Shown here: piece by piece, positions 39,515-53,204 of the stretch
Layout: each line of letters starts with the position of its first letter
How positions within the stretch are numbered: position 1 is the stretch's first letter
From: Octopus sinensis
Taxonomy: Eukaryota
DNA: 64,000 bases
Assembly (NCBI RefSeq): GCF_006345805.1
Contig: NC_043013.1
Location: 40,610,001-40,674,000 of the forward strand
Reading direction: 5' to 3'
Position numbers and translations under genes: made by a program
The notes under the pieces: model-generated
The model's input: only the letters and a program-made list of their open reading frames with translations
What the model was told of the DNA's origin: nothing
The model's database searches: none

Positions 39515-41283
39515 TCTTATAATAATTTTGTTTGTCACTCCATCAATTAGCCTGCCAGTAGTACTCCCATGTGATTAGTTGAAGGAGGAGGAAAGGGAAG
39601 ATAGGTGGTAGTGAGTGAAACGTGTAAACTTTTTTTGACTAAATTTTTTTTTCCCCTTACTTAATCCATCTGTAACACTTTCACATGATTAGTTGAAGGG
39701 AAAGGTGAAGAGCGAAAGAAAAAAGGGGAGAAAAAGAGGGTAAGGTAATGAGTAAAGAGAAAGAGGGACAGTGTTGTGTATTGAGTCTATACCGTTGGGC
39801 ATAAAGTATATAAATTATATAAAGTGCATTAAGTAATCATTATATTCCAATCAATGAGAAGCAGATGAGCAACTGTCTTTCCATACAGACATAACACAGG
39901 CTACACTTTTGGGTTGTCCTGCTCGTTAACATAAAGGAACATAGCACCAGTTTACAAAGGTGAATATATATCCCGAACTATTTATATGTATGTTTCTACA
40001 CATACTCATGATGTACTTCTATAGTTTTCATCAACTAAATTCTGCTCATAAGATATTTTGGATATAACAGAAGGCATTTGCTTAAAGTGCCTTGCAATGA
40101 GATTGAACTCAGAAGTACCAATGATCGAATGAGATTCTTAATTAAAAAAAATAAATATAAACACAGTAGTTTTATATTATTTATTGATGTAAATTGTTAA
40201 CTGTACAAATATAGTTGAGTTGAAGTACACTGAAAATATACATTAATGTAGACATATATTGTGCAAAAATATGCTTAGTATTTGGACATGGTAAAAATAA
40301 TATTTCAGTGAATATAAAATATATATTAATTTTATTTTTGTTCAATAGAAAGGACACTTTTTTTTTTTTTGATAGAATAGACAGGAATATTTTTGGTACA
40401 TATGTTTCACTAACAAATTATCAATAGGTTCAATGTATCAAATGGCTGATAATTAGAAGTCAGATCACATTATTTCTTTTATGATTTTGTTTAGCAAAAA
40501 GTGGTTTCCACAATTGAAAATTTAAAAAAAAACTTGTGTTGAGAACAAATAAATATATAAAATAACAGTAAAAGCAATGGGTCCCAAAAAATGAGTTGAG
40601 CATGGACCTTCAAATCAAACACACAATGACAACAACCCGTATATCTTCTATGCTTTCTTTTTTTTCATAAACATCTTGGGTTTTTTCTTTCTTTTCCTGT
40701 GAATTAACCTAACCATAACACTCTTTTACTCATTAATACTACAGAATGTTAGGAATACAGCTTTGAGGTTTTCAAACTGTAGAAAATTTACATTATAGTC
40801 TTTGTGGGGAAAAGAATGTGGTACCAGACCAGTTTTGTGTTGAACATTTTCTGTCCCTTATTTTAGACCATAAATGTAACTTTAATAGCGAAAAAAACAA
40901 AACAACAAAAAAACCCCAAAAATGTTACTCTTTCCTAAGATTGACTTTTGGTTACTATTTTCATCCTGCATTCATACCATAGTGAGAATGGTTCTGCAGT
41001 ATAACATACTTTTATTTAATTCAAAGAATACTAGCTTTGAAGACACAAAATAACACATATTGTGTTTATCTTTTAATTAATTGTTATTGTAAAAATATCT
41101 CCAGCAAATCTTACTAAAGGACCACAGTTAAATAGTATGTGACATGAAGGATATATCAAAGTATAGTGATCTAAATGATTAGATACGCTATATAAGTGCT
41201 GTAACGGATTACTGGGGCTCCAAGGTTATAGCCGAGATGATAGTTATGGAGCCATTGTAGATTTCCAATGCAGTGGATATATA

Positions 41284-41877
41284 ATTGTTAAACAGGATGT
41301 CAAACATTAAGGCAAGGCAAACATCTCAAGTCATATACAATATTATTACAGGAAGAAATTCAAAATCTTACAGCTGTTTCTGGGATATCCCTGAGTATAA
41401 GATATTCCGTCATCAGAGACAAATTGGGGGAAAAATATGGAAAATGAGAATGGTATATATCAATAAGATGACAACATAGAGGAAGGGAGTAAAAGAATGA
41501 GATGGAAAGAAGGAAGTAAAAAGCATAAAAGTTCATAGTTCAACTTTTCTTGGGATGTCTACTATATCAGGACTGCACCTAAGGACTCATACTTTGGTTT
41601 CTATAACTGCAGAAAGTTGAACTATGAACTTTTATGCTTCTTTTCTTGTTCTCTACATCACTTTATTCTTTTACTCCTTTCCTCTATATTGTCACCATAT
41701 TCATATACACCATTCTCATTTTCTATATTTTTCCCAATTTATCTTTGCTGACAGAATATCCCATACTTGGGGATATCACAGAAACAGCTGTAAGATTTTG
41801 AATTTCTTCCTGTAGTAATATTGTATATGACTTGAGATGTTTACCTTGCCTTAATATTTGATGTCCTGTTTAACAAT
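41284..41877. mobile_element. Penelope-type foldback: ~265-bp inverted arms (41284-41550 / 41611-41877) ending at (TA)n
   Basis: Arms are diverged reverse complements; each carries a hammerhead (left intact, right degenerate). Confidence 0.85.
41365..41419 (-). ncRNA. Type I hammerhead ribozyme
   Basis: Minus strand: TCT-CTGATGA-CGGAATATC...GATATCCCA-GAAA-CAGCTG-TA-AGA; palindromic helix III ACAGCTGT. Confidence 0.75.
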
Positions 41878-42229
41878 CATATATATATATATATATATAA
41901 TGTTTGAAGGAACTTTTCATGGCACCTATGTATATCTTACATGCATGTGTGTTATCCATTTGGACTTTGGCCCTATATACAATTCCTTTCACCAGACAAT
42001 TTCCTTCTAAAGGACAGCAACTCTGGTCTTTACAGTTGCATTTAGTTTTGTTATTTATTTCAGCACCATTGGCATTACTAATTGTCTTTATTACCCTTAA
42101 AGGGCTGACTTCTTGCTTCGATATTCACCACTTTGTATAAGTTACCATTTGTTTTTTGTTTTTCTATATGTATCTGTAATACTATTTGAAAGTAGTCTGT
42201 TGAATTCCTAGTATTTTTAATTTTGTCAT

Positions 42230-42392
42230 TCATAATTTTCTGGAGTGTGTTACTGATTTTACGAAATTTAATCTAACGAGTGTGAAGAGGTCCTTTTCGA
42301 AAGGTTCTAATTCCATGATTGGGGGTGGATTTTTCGTAGATTTAAGTCCATACCTATTTGTGTTATTTTGTTGCTCTTTCTTGTCAAAGAAA
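42230..42392 (-). mobile_element. Penelope-like ORF N-terminal fragment
   Basis: RWAHFF...YGLKSTKNPPPIMELEPFEKDL resembles the PLE pre-RT region. Confidence 0.6.
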
Positions 42393-44020
42393 TGTGCCCA
42401 CCGCAAATATGAAATAGAAGCTGTACTAGGATAATAAACATTATCGACCACATATACTTAACGTATATACTTTGTGTATTTACAACAACAAATCGCAAAC
42501 TACCACCAAATACACAAAGCATATATATTAAATATATGTGATCGATTATGCTTACACATACACACACACACTAATTATACTTTTACAAAAAGAGCAGTGA
42601 CTTTGGACAGACTGCTGAAAGTTAGCTGGCTGAAACTTTGAAGTCACTGTCACTTTTCTTTTTGTAAAAGGATTAATATGTACTCTACAAAGAGTACTAC
42701 TCAACATAAAAACAAACCTACTTATATGTAAAATTCAAATACCTATTTTTGAACGAGGAAAAAGAAGGCACTTTACTTATAAAATTAGTTTTTTCTTATA
42801 TTAAGCTCATTCATCATTGTATGGTGTATGCAAGTATGTGTGATATAATTTACTCTTTCATGAGATGGACATTTTCTGTTAAAAGATGTAGAAAGATCTA
42901 TAAAAAAAAAACAGTTGAGGAAATTAAAATGATTTATCCATTGCATTACCTGTAAATTCCACAATTAACCTTTCTGTGATGATTTTTTTTGTTGTTTTTT
43001 TGTTTTACTAAAGCAGTCTGTTACACAGAGCAGTCATGGAATATTCTTTGCACCAAGTGTACTTTTATATATAAAGTATGATATGATTAAATAATTATTT
43101 CTCCCACCCATATTAGCCCCTTGGAATAATTGGTCATACTTGTCTGTTTAAGTGTCTACTACATATTAATATTACTTCTAGAAATATCTTTTAATTAATT
43201 GTAACCATAAGGACTTTGTGTTAGCAATGATATTGTTGTTAAATATAATCAATAAACATTGTTTCATTGTATAATATTAGTTTCACTATGCAACATGAAA
43301 TCACAGCATTTATTTTTTTTTTGTCAAATAGGAAAATATTACATGTTCTTTTAGTATGTTTATAATGCTAATCATTAAATATGTTTACTATAAATTTTCT
43401 TTTCCCCTACACCATCTTACATTCAACATCTGCAAATAGATATGTTGTTATTAATAAATAGATTTTATATATGAAAATATTGAGTGAAAAAAAGGAAAAA
43501 ATTTTGTTCTGTCATTCTTTTCTTTGGAATGTGTTTGAGGGTGGGATGGCTCTTTTCACAACAATATATCAAAGATAGGAAACTCTTCTCTTAAGCAGTG
43601 ATGATTAATTTAAACTTTTCTCGGATACATATATGTGTATGTACACACACAATCATCATATGTGTGTCTATATAAAATATGCGTCTATATATATATGTAT
43701 GTAAGTTTTCCTTTTTATTTTGTTAAGTGGCATCGATTTTTACAGTTCAGTAAATAACAATAGTATTTTATAAGCTTATAGCTTATAAGCAATTACCATG
43801 CAATGACTAAAGAAAACAGTCTAATAATGGGGCATATAAGCCCACAATGGGAAAAAAAGTAGCTGTTCCTGCATGATGGGGACGCGAACCCACATCACTT
43901 TGTTTTCCCGGCAAGTGTGAAGTGGGAAAATACTACTTCTGTTCAAGGGCTTATATGATCCATTAGACTAATTTCTTTAGTCCTTGCATGATAATCGCTT
44001 ATAAAATATTAATACGCATT

Positions 44021-44024
44021 TATG

Positions 44025-44058
<34 letters not shown>

Positions 44059-44444
44059 CATACGTGTGTGTATGTATGTGTGTATGTGCATATGTACATG
44101 GATCTGTATGTTCGTGTGTATGTAGGTACATATGTACGTATGTGTATGTATGTATGTACATGTATGTATGTATGTACGTATGTATATGTATGTATGTACA
44201 TGTATGTACGTAGATGTTGTATATATATATTTTTGTATGTTCTTATCTGTATATCCATATATGTCTATATAAGTATATGTATATTTACATGTGTTTATAT
44301 GCATACATACACTAAGTATATACACACATTAGTATATATACGTGTATATATGTCTACTTATAAGTATAGATATATACACATAAGTATGTATATGTATATA
44401 TAAGTTCGTGTATATGTATAAGTACGTATATATGTATAAGTGTG

Positions 44445-44481
<37 letters not shown>

Positions 44482-44752
44482 AGTATATATATGTATGTAT
44501 ATACGTATCTATACACACACACACACTTATATGTATATATACGTACATGTATATATATTCATACATATATTTACTTATACATATATCATCTACGTTTGAC
44601 GTCTGCCTAGCATGTGTACATATATATACTTATACGTTTATATATATGTACACGTATATATACTTATATGTAAATAGACATACACACATACATATCGACA
44701 CATGTATACAGATGAATGCATATATGCAAATATTTAAACACACACACACACA
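44021..44752. repeat. Long compound (TA/TG/CA) microsatellite just downstream of the myosin XV stop
   Basis: Seen directly. Confidence 0.9.
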
Positions 44753-44779
44753 CGTCCAGTAGCAAATGTCGGCTGTCTT

Positions 44780-44875
44780 TCAGGAAGGAACTGATGGTTG
44801 TAATGAACCCTGTCGCTTCTTGTTTAGGTTTATTACATACATATATTGGCCAATTAAGTTTGAGATGGCTGTGCA
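44780..44875 (-). CDS. MYO15A: Myosin XV last coding exon: CTAISNLIGQYMYVINLNKKRQGSLQPSVPS*
   Basis: Acceptor ttttctttctgttgcag; terminal FERM helix 'I..LI.QY'; TGA at 44782-44780. Confidence 0.88.
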   Translation of the reverse strand, partial: CTAISNLIGQYMYVINLNKKRQGSLQPSVPS

Positions 44876-46039
44876 CTGCAACAGAAAGAAAAAAATATGA
44901 TAAAACATGATTTTTATTGTTACTATATTTTGTGAATAATTTCTAGAACTAGGACAGTCTAAAAAAAAAGATAGAATAACCCTCTCCTCCCCAGCACCGC
45001 TGTGTGTGGGCATTCTTTTAAATGAAGTTATTCAGGAGAGGATAGATAATGACACAAGATACAGGTGGGGTTTTTGGCTCCCAACTTGAACCCCTTAGAC
45101 TGCTGCATCATTGTTGTTGGGTGGGGAAACTGACCAGCAGTCCTACAGTATTTAGGGTGTGAGAAATGGCTGGTATTTCTGATCAGACTTCACAATTACT
45201 TCAAAGACTGCAGTTGCAATGCATTGCAACTGTCATTAGGGCTGAGAGTGGCTCGTTTCTTTGATTTATCTAGTTGAATGTTTTTTTTTTTTGTTTTTTT
45301 TAACTTGTTTTCAGTCATTAGACTGTGGCTATGATGGAGCACTACCTTGAAGTTTTAGTCAAATGAATCGACCCCAATACTTATTTTCTAAGCTTGGGAC
45401 TTTATCAGTCTTTTTCTGAACTGCTAAGTTATGGGGATGTAAACACACCAACACCGATTTTCAAGTGGTAATGAGGGAGGGTACACAGACATACACACAT
45501 AGATATATACTGATATGTATATATACGATGGGCTTCTTTCAGTTTCCTTTAACCAAATCGACTCGCAAGGCTTTGGTTGGCTTGAGGCTATAGTAAGGCG
45601 CCACGCAGTACAACTGAACCCAGAACCATGTAGCTGGGAAAAAAGCTTCTTACTACACAGTCACTCTTCCTTGTCTTCAACTCTCAACACATATTGTGTG
45701 TGATCTGAAGGCATTAGGTACTCAATCGTAAGGTTGTAAGTTTTATTACTAGACCAGGTAGCATGCTGTATTTGCAAGGAAAGCACTTAATTTTATTTTG
45801 CCTCAGTCTACGCAGATGAAAATAGATACTACCACCAGCAAGACTAGTATCCCATTCTGAGTGTGTCATGTATTCAGATACCAAAATAAGTTCCAGCTTA
45901 GTGAACCTGTAGGCTTGTAAAGTAAATACAACTTTCAATTTATTGTCAGAAATTAAAAATGGGAAGAAAAAAATAATCATAAAAATTTTAAAACTGAAAT
46001 AAGATTTGTGTATGAAATAAAACAAATGAAATTACTTAC

Positions 46040-46174
46040 TTCGTCTGTTTCAACTCTGGATATTTTCTGAGCCATCAAATTACCCAACTTCATGTCCAGG
46101 AAGCTTCTGTTATTATCTGAATTATAACGCCGGGTTGAGAGTATTTCACTGAATTCATAGGATACAATTGTTAC
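46040..46174 (-). CDS. MYO15A: Myosin XV exon: VTIVSYEFSEILSTRRYNSDNNRSFLDMKLGNLMAQKISRVETDE
   Basis: Acceptor poly-T gcag, donor gtaagt; 135 nt; the only open frame of the three; FERM F3. Confidence 0.92.
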
Positions 46175-46552
46175 CTGCAAAAAAAAAAAAAGAAAATATA
46201 TACCAGAAGGAATGAGTTTGTTTGGCACCCCCATCACTACCATCTTCATCTTCTTCCTAGGTACTCTTGCCCACCCTTACAGAATGTGAGGTAGTTATGT
46301 TGTACTTAATTTTATTTTCCTTCAGTCACCATACAAAATTGACCAAAGATGTTGAATGTCTCTTATTGATTCTCTTAAAACTGGTGACATGGTTGCAATA
46401 GTGATTCTTAAATGAATCAGCAGTCTACCCAATGTAAACATACAGCCATTCCTTTGCACGCACGGTATATTTATATACAAGATTTGTAACAGAGGGTCAT
46501 CACTGGGCATTTTGATTTTTCTCTGCATTAGCATTTATTATATTTATTGATA

Positions 46553-46599
<47 letters not shown>

Positions 46600-47839
46600 C
46601 AGTTCTGACATTGTAACCATGTTAGCTATATCATAAGCATTTTTACTATTACAATTTGACCATAATTGGTGCTGTTCATCTCTTTTGTTGGTATTTAGAT
46701 ACGTATGTTTGCTAGATCCAGTTGTTGGGTTATTGAACTGTTCTCACATTTTACTATTGTTTATATAGTGCATAAGCTGCTCTAAATTAGCAGAGTTAGC
46801 ATAGGACACCTACATGGTGTGCTGATTAAAAATAGCATTATATCAATTAGATTTAGGAAAACATTTATCCAAAGTAGCAAAAAATTTTCCAGCAATCTTG
46901 GTTAAAACATGCGAACCAAAAATTGGGTTGAACCAGAGAGCATTCTGATTCCTGTATCTGTTGTTAGGTTTATTTGATTGAGCATGTTGTACAGGATTGG
47001 AACAATTTAGTGTTATCAGCAGTTGGATTATTATGTTGCATGTGTCTGAGGCATTTTCAAAGCTAGAAACTTAGCTGTAAGTCAAACTAGGAACTAGCTG
47101 TATGGAGAAAGCAGTCCAAGGGTTGATACACTGACACACTGTTATAGAGATGAAATTCATGTTACATGTTGAATGAACAACAAGTTAATGGGACATGGGG
47201 TTTAGGTATGGGTGAGAGTGAAGTATAGGTATTGAGTGTATGGGTAATGGGTGTGTGGTTTATGTCTGGTAGGGAGTTTGGAATGGGGTACCGGATAATT
47301 AATACCAGGAGATACATATACAATGAATGTTTCCAAGTCCTGGCCCAATAGTGGGGTCAAAGACCACAAAGGTGCCCTCCATAGGGGGTGGCTTCAAAGC
47401 TAGTATGTATATTTATATATATACACACACACTTACATGCAGACACATTATGTATACATACGTACAAACAAACATATAAATACATATACATTATATATGT
47501 TGAAATATAGGGAAGCATAATTCGAAACTAGAAATCAAATAATTGATCTACGCTGTATATTTTAAGCAAAAATTCGTACGCTTACACTTTTCAGTTGCAA
47601 TGTCTTTTTTGTATTCTAGCATCAAAATCAAATAACAAACTTTCCATGTTCTCTGAGGCATAATTATAATTAAAAGAAGCATTGTGGGTGGGAGTTAACA
47701 GATGTTACTGCCAGGAATGTGGAAATAAGTGTATCTTAACACCTAATCTTTGGCACCTCAACAATACTGCTGCTGATAATGATAATAATAATAATAATAA
47801 TAATTTAACATAATTTAGAAAATTAACAAAAATACTCAC

Positions 47840-47917
47840 ATGATCATCTTTGCCAATAACTTGTATTCCATTCTTGTTGACAGCAAGGAAGCATTCCCCT
47901 ATGTTGGGTGGAATTGA
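47840..47917 (-). CDS. MYO15A: Myosin XV exon: SIPPNIGECFLAVNKNGIQVIGKDDH
   Basis: Acceptor cttttggttttag, donor gtgagt; 78 nt; FERM F3 'LAVNKNG'. Confidence 0.92.
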
Positions 47918-48662
47918 CTAAAACCAAAAGAAAAGCAGAATTAGAATTTTTAAAAAAATTTGATAGCTTAATTAGTTAAGATTCATTAGAGACAATCAAA
48001 TACTTCTAATTGATAAAAATATATTTTTGGATACATTCTTCCAATGTAGTTCATCATCCCATGTATTGGTACAACTGATTAAAATGACAGCTTAATCAAA
48101 GACAAAATTTGTCAGCCACATCTTCTAATGTTTGTAAAGTTTGGATTTAGTCAGGCGTTTACATGGAGATGACTATATTTCTTATACATCTTGTGTATGG
48201 ATGAGCAACTGCATAAAGAAGTGCCGAGCTCTAATTTTGGAGGGTACCTGTGGAAAGGGTAAACTCAGGAAGATGAGGGATGAAGTGGTGAGAAGGGATC
48301 TTTGGACGCTGGGCCTCACTGAGGAAATGACAAGGGACTGGGAGATGTGGCGATTTGCTGTACTTGATGAGATGTGTCAAGCTAAGTGAAATTGCTGTCT
48401 TCCACACATACAAGCTTGTCCTTTCAGGTGCTGGTGCCACTTAAAAAGCACCTGTGCCTGTGCTGCATTAACCCCCCCCCCCCTTGCTGATGCTGCATAA
48501 ATGCAGCCTTACCAGTGGCACATAAAAGTACTCAGCACACTCTGTTAAGTGGTTGGCATAAGGAAGGGCTTCCAGTGGTAAAAACCATGCCTCAGCTGAC
48601 AGTCAGAATGGATGTTAAATGACGATGATGAGGATATATTTCAATTAATATATGTGTGCGTA

Positions 48663-48870
48663 TGGCAGAAACGTTAGCATGCCGGGCGAAATACTTAGCG
48701 GTATTTCGTCTGTCTTTATGTTCTGAGTTCAAATTCCGCCGAGGTCAACTTTGTCTTTCATCCTTTCAGGGTCGATAAATTAAGTACCAGTTGCGTACTG
48801 GGATTGATCTAATTGACTGGCCTTCTCCCCCCCCCCAAATATCGGGCCTTATGCCTAGAGTAGAAAAGAA
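48663..48870 (+). mobile_element. SINE family A (intronic, antisense to the gene)
   Basis: Matches the 26308 copy. Confidence 0.85.
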
Positions 48871-49387
48871 TATATGTGTGCGTATTTGTATATAAATATG
48901 TTTGTATATGGGTGTATGCATGTATCTTTTGTCTTTCACTTGTTTCAGTCATTAGACTGTGGCCAAGCTGGGGCATCATATTGAAGAGATTTTTTTTTTA
49001 GCTGAATGAATTGACCCTAGTACTCTTTTGCTTTAAGCTTGGTACGTATTCTATTTGTCTCTTTTACTGAATTGCTAAGTTATGGAGATGTAAACAAACC
49101 AACATCAGTTGTCAAGTGGTGGTGGATAGTCACAAAGACAAACATACATACATATAAATAAATATATATATACATCGGACTTCTTTCAGTTTCCATCTAC
49201 CAAATCCACTCACAAGGCTTTAGTTGGTCTGAGGCTATAGTAAAAGACACTTGCCATGTACTGGGACTGAACCCAGAACCATATGGTTGGGAAGCAAATT
49301 TCTTACCACACAGCCATGCCTGTGCCCCATTTATATGTTCTAACAATCAACAACTCTAGATATAGAATTTACCACAAAATTATTTAC

Positions 49388-49437
49388 CTTTAGTTTGAAG
49401 AAACTTGAGCCAAATAATTTCCATTTTGAAAGAATAT
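49388..49437 (-). CDS. MYO15A: Myosin XV exon: ILSKWKLFGSSFFKLK
   Basis: Acceptor ctcttctttcag, donor gtaaat; 50 nt; FERM signature 'W.LFGSSFF'. Confidence 0.92.
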
Positions 49438-50030
49438 CTGAAAGAAGAGAAATGATTAAGGATTTCTTTGGAATATGAAGAAATTATCACTATACAGTAA
49501 ATTATGAAACTTAAAGATTCTCAGAAGTAAATGTTTATTGCCATCTAAACTTGGGTGTTCTATAAGAACAGATGATACTGCTACTTTAACCCCAGGAGGA
49601 TGCCTCCTCCAGCTGGTCATCCAGTGCAGTTTGCACTCGATATATATTGCAAGCAGGGAGAGAACACCCTACTATTCTAACTTGGAGACCACCAGATCAC
49701 ATGACTTTGCCCTCATTTTGGTCATCTTCAGTGATGGATATTGAACTGTTAGACACAGCAGTAGTTTACCTCAGCTTGCAATATATAGAAAAACAACTTA
49801 GGGCCTATGACTCTTTTCATGACATCTAATGCTATTAAGGGGAATGAAGGAAATTAGCCTCCAATTGGAGACTGGGTGTAGATGCTTGCAACAAAGTGTA
49901 GATTCTGCCAAAAGTACCCGAGAACCAGATTGTATTGTTAAACTGAGCTGTGGATTAATTCTACAGCAGCAAATATAACGTGTGTTCAGTTCAAAAATAT
50001 GAGTATGTGTATATTTCTATTTATAATATA

Positions 50031-50329
50031 CTAGCAGTATCCCCCGGCGTTGCTCGGGTTTGTAAGGGAAATAACTATATAAGCATTTTTAGAGAGTTAC
50101 TTCCCTTATATAATAGCAAAACAATGCATTAAAAATGGGAAAAAATGACGGTAAATTTTTTTTTAAATCGTAGATTCATCGTAGACGCGCGCTAATACCC
50201 AGAAGGGCTTGATATGAATCACGACTATAAGATACCCGGTTTTGGTTAAACTGCACCGCAAAATGTGGGAGTAGTTAGGAATCTAAATCGTAGGAGTCAG
50301 ACACACAACTTCACTTTTATATATAAAGA
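50031..50329 (-). mobile_element. Young non-autonomous Helitron
   Basis: Minus strand: A|TCTTTATATATAAAAG ... hairpin CCCGAGCAACGCCGGG ... CTAG|T; CpG-rich; no TSD. Confidence 0.8.
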
Positions 50330-50344
50330 TATGTGAAGACTTAC

Positions 50345-50484
50345 CTAAGAAACGAGCTTTGCATTGAGTTGGGTTCAGTCTACCAATTCTGTTTATTTCC
50401 TCATGTATTTTATTAAGCCACTGCTGTGGTTTCACTGCTTTAGACTCCAAGACTTGTCGTGGGAGAACATTTTTCAGGCCTTTT
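50345..50484 (-). CDS. MYO15A: Myosin XV exon: KGLKNVLPRQVLESKAVKPQQWLNKIHEEINRIGRLNPTQCKARFL
   Basis: Acceptor tttttttcag, donor gtaagt; 140 nt; phases fit both neighbours. Confidence 0.92.
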
Positions 50485-51129
50485 CTGAAAAAAATTAATA
50501 AGAAAATATGTTATCAAAATCTAATATTCTTGACAAATATTATCAATAATTACAGCTTTGAAACCTAAATACTACCCTACACACATTTAGTGTTAATCAT
50601 ATTATGGTGATACTCTCTTACAACTATTGTGATGTCAAGAAGACACAATCAAACATATTGTGTGTCTGTGTGTATGTGTCTGTGTGTATGTGTGTGTGTG
50701 ACAAGATTCTTTTGGTTTCTGCTAACAAATTCCACTCACAAAGCCTTGGTTGGTTTAGAGCTGTAGTAGAAGACACTTTCCCAAAGTGCCACACAGTAGG
50801 ACTGAACCCTTAAATGTGTGTGTGAGCATACGTGTGATGTCCATTCTCTTAGAAAATAGAGTAATTTTTTTATGAGACTTTTTCCTTCTAGTCGTTTATA
50901 AGAAATTTGTATGATTTCAGTGGAGGAGAACCAGAGTCATTCATCCAGTAACCACTTCTAACATTGCTTAATTGCTAGTTTCAGCATCAACTGAGAAAAA
51001 CTGATTCTGAACAATGTTTCTCTGACTTTATCATTCTATCTCCCTATGCTTAACGTATATTTACTTGCTTACAACAGCTCATCTGAAGTGATGACAGCAT
51101 TGATCCAAGACACTCATCCACCTCTGCCC

Positions 51130-51320
51130 CCAGCACATTGTTTATCATGGGAATGGACATGGCTGACAAGGCCAATATGAGATATGAGAAAAATCCTGTG
51201 GCACTGGGAGCACTGATGATGAAGACATCTCCTCCTCTCTTCATACAGTCTCCTACATTTGGTATCAAAGTGCTCAAGAACCTCCATGTTTTCTGATTAA
51301 CAGCAAAGGGCTCCAACTGA
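51130..51320 (-). mobile_element. Decayed Pif1-type helicase fragment (Helitron)
   Basis: GGDVFIISAPSATG.F..LIL resembles the Helitron helicase Walker A region GG.FFLDAPGGTGKTFL. Confidence 0.45.
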
Positions 51321-52007
51321 TTGGGAAGGACACCACATAATATAAGGGACCACTTGAAATGATCACGGAATCAAAGTTTTGGATGTCCATGAGGCATACC
51401 ACCAGTCTTGATCTCACTGAAAAGGACCATCCTTGAGAGCTGGCTACCAGGTATCTGAACCATATGGTCAACCCAGCTTAAGGTTTACAATCTACTTAAT
51501 TTACTCAAATGGAGAAAATATAAAACTCCAGAGGAAAATCTTTTATGCCTTAAGTGTGTTTTCTCTATCCCTCCACACCCTTATTTTTGGAATACAGACT
51601 TTTGAGATTTTTTTGTCAATTGCATTAATTAAATTTTGAACTATTGGGTGTCCCTAATTGATATTTCCCTTGGGTATCACTATCTCTTTAACCACAGTTT
51701 ACAATATTTTAAGGCACTGCAACATAAACATGCTCTTGGGCGTTGTATCAGTCCAGCTGGAAACCACCGATAAAAATACATAAATGTGAGTAGAGGATGA
51801 AACCATGCCTGTCACTAAGGAGGTGTACCGAACAGTACAGCCTCCTCACTATTCAATGGTGCACTCTCATATTTACCCCATTTTAGTGACTTCACTTTAG
51901 CATTACTACAAATTATTATCCACCCAGAATATTCTGAAGCACCCCCAGGCACCAAAGTCTGGCAATAGGTCTAGATGAAACATCAAAATGAGAAATAAAA
52001 TACTTAC

Positions 52008-52072
52008 ATCTCAAGCATTGTTGACTGATCTTGTGAGCGGTGAAGGAGGGAAGCCAACACAGCAAGTTCAGT
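52008..52072 (-). CDS. MYO15A: Myosin XV exon: TELAVLASLLHRSQDQSTMLE
   Basis: Acceptor poly-T gcag, donor gtaagt; 65 nt; FERM F2 'LA.L.HR' motif. Confidence 0.9.
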
Positions 52073-52196
52073 CTGCAAAAAAAAAATGAGAGAACAGTTT
52101 TACAGCTGGAAGTGAGAATAATAAAGAATCAGACAAGTCTAAAGCAATACTACAACTTTGAGATTCTAAAATTGACTAAATTAGTCTTGTGGAACA

Positions 52197-52502
52197 AGAC
52201 ACACATCATTATATTACCATGTATACACACATCTTGTATACACACACACATCTTTATATTACCATGTATACACACACATATACATACACACATCTTGTAT
52301 ACGTACACACATCTTTATATAACCATGTATACATATACATACACACATCTTTATATTACCATGTATACACACAGCTTGTATACACAGCTTGTATACACAC
52401 ACGCATCTTGTATACGTACACACATCTTTATATTACCATGTATACACACACATATACATACACACATCTTCATATTACCATGTATACACACATCTTTATA
52501 TT
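52197..52502. repeat. Minisatellite built on catctttatattaccatgtatacacaca
   Basis: About 7 degenerate units. Confidence 0.85.
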
Positions 52503-53204
52503 ACTATTTGGTGATGCAAACCATTGCTGCTTTTCATGGATTCTTCTGTGTCCCTCCGCAATTACAACCTATCATTTTCATGTCTCTCTTGTTGCATAAT
52601 GTATACAGCATAGATGACAGGGCATATAAGATGTGTCGGTAGTTACCAAGGGCAAAGGTTAGCCTACCATTGACTTATGTTAATAAATTACCATATCGCA
52701 CAGAATTTAATGGTCACACCTGGAATGTAAACCTCACCCCTCAACATCTAGTCCAAAGTTATCTGTCAACAGATATAGTGTTTGTGTTTATCAATGAAAG
52801 TGTTCACAAGTGTATAATGTTCTTTTTTTATATATATAAACATTTATGCATGCAACCACAAACATCAACAACATTCATATCATCGTTTTTATGGTTACAT
52901 GTCATGAAAGTCTTCAATGTGTATGAGGCTTCGATGACCACGTGTCACAAAATTCTTCAATATGTGTTATGTTTCTAAGGTTACAGGTTGTGAAATCCCT
53001 GAATATGTATGATGCTTCTATGGCTATATCTACAACATTTCTATGGTCACAGATCACAAAAGCCCCCAATTTATGTGGTGTGTCTGGTGACATGACTGAG
53101 AACCATCTGTGTGTGTGTGTGTGTGGTGTGTGTGTGTGTGTGTGCATGCGCGTGCACATGTGACACTGACTTAGAATGTATAAAATATTGATTGAATTAC
53201 TTAC

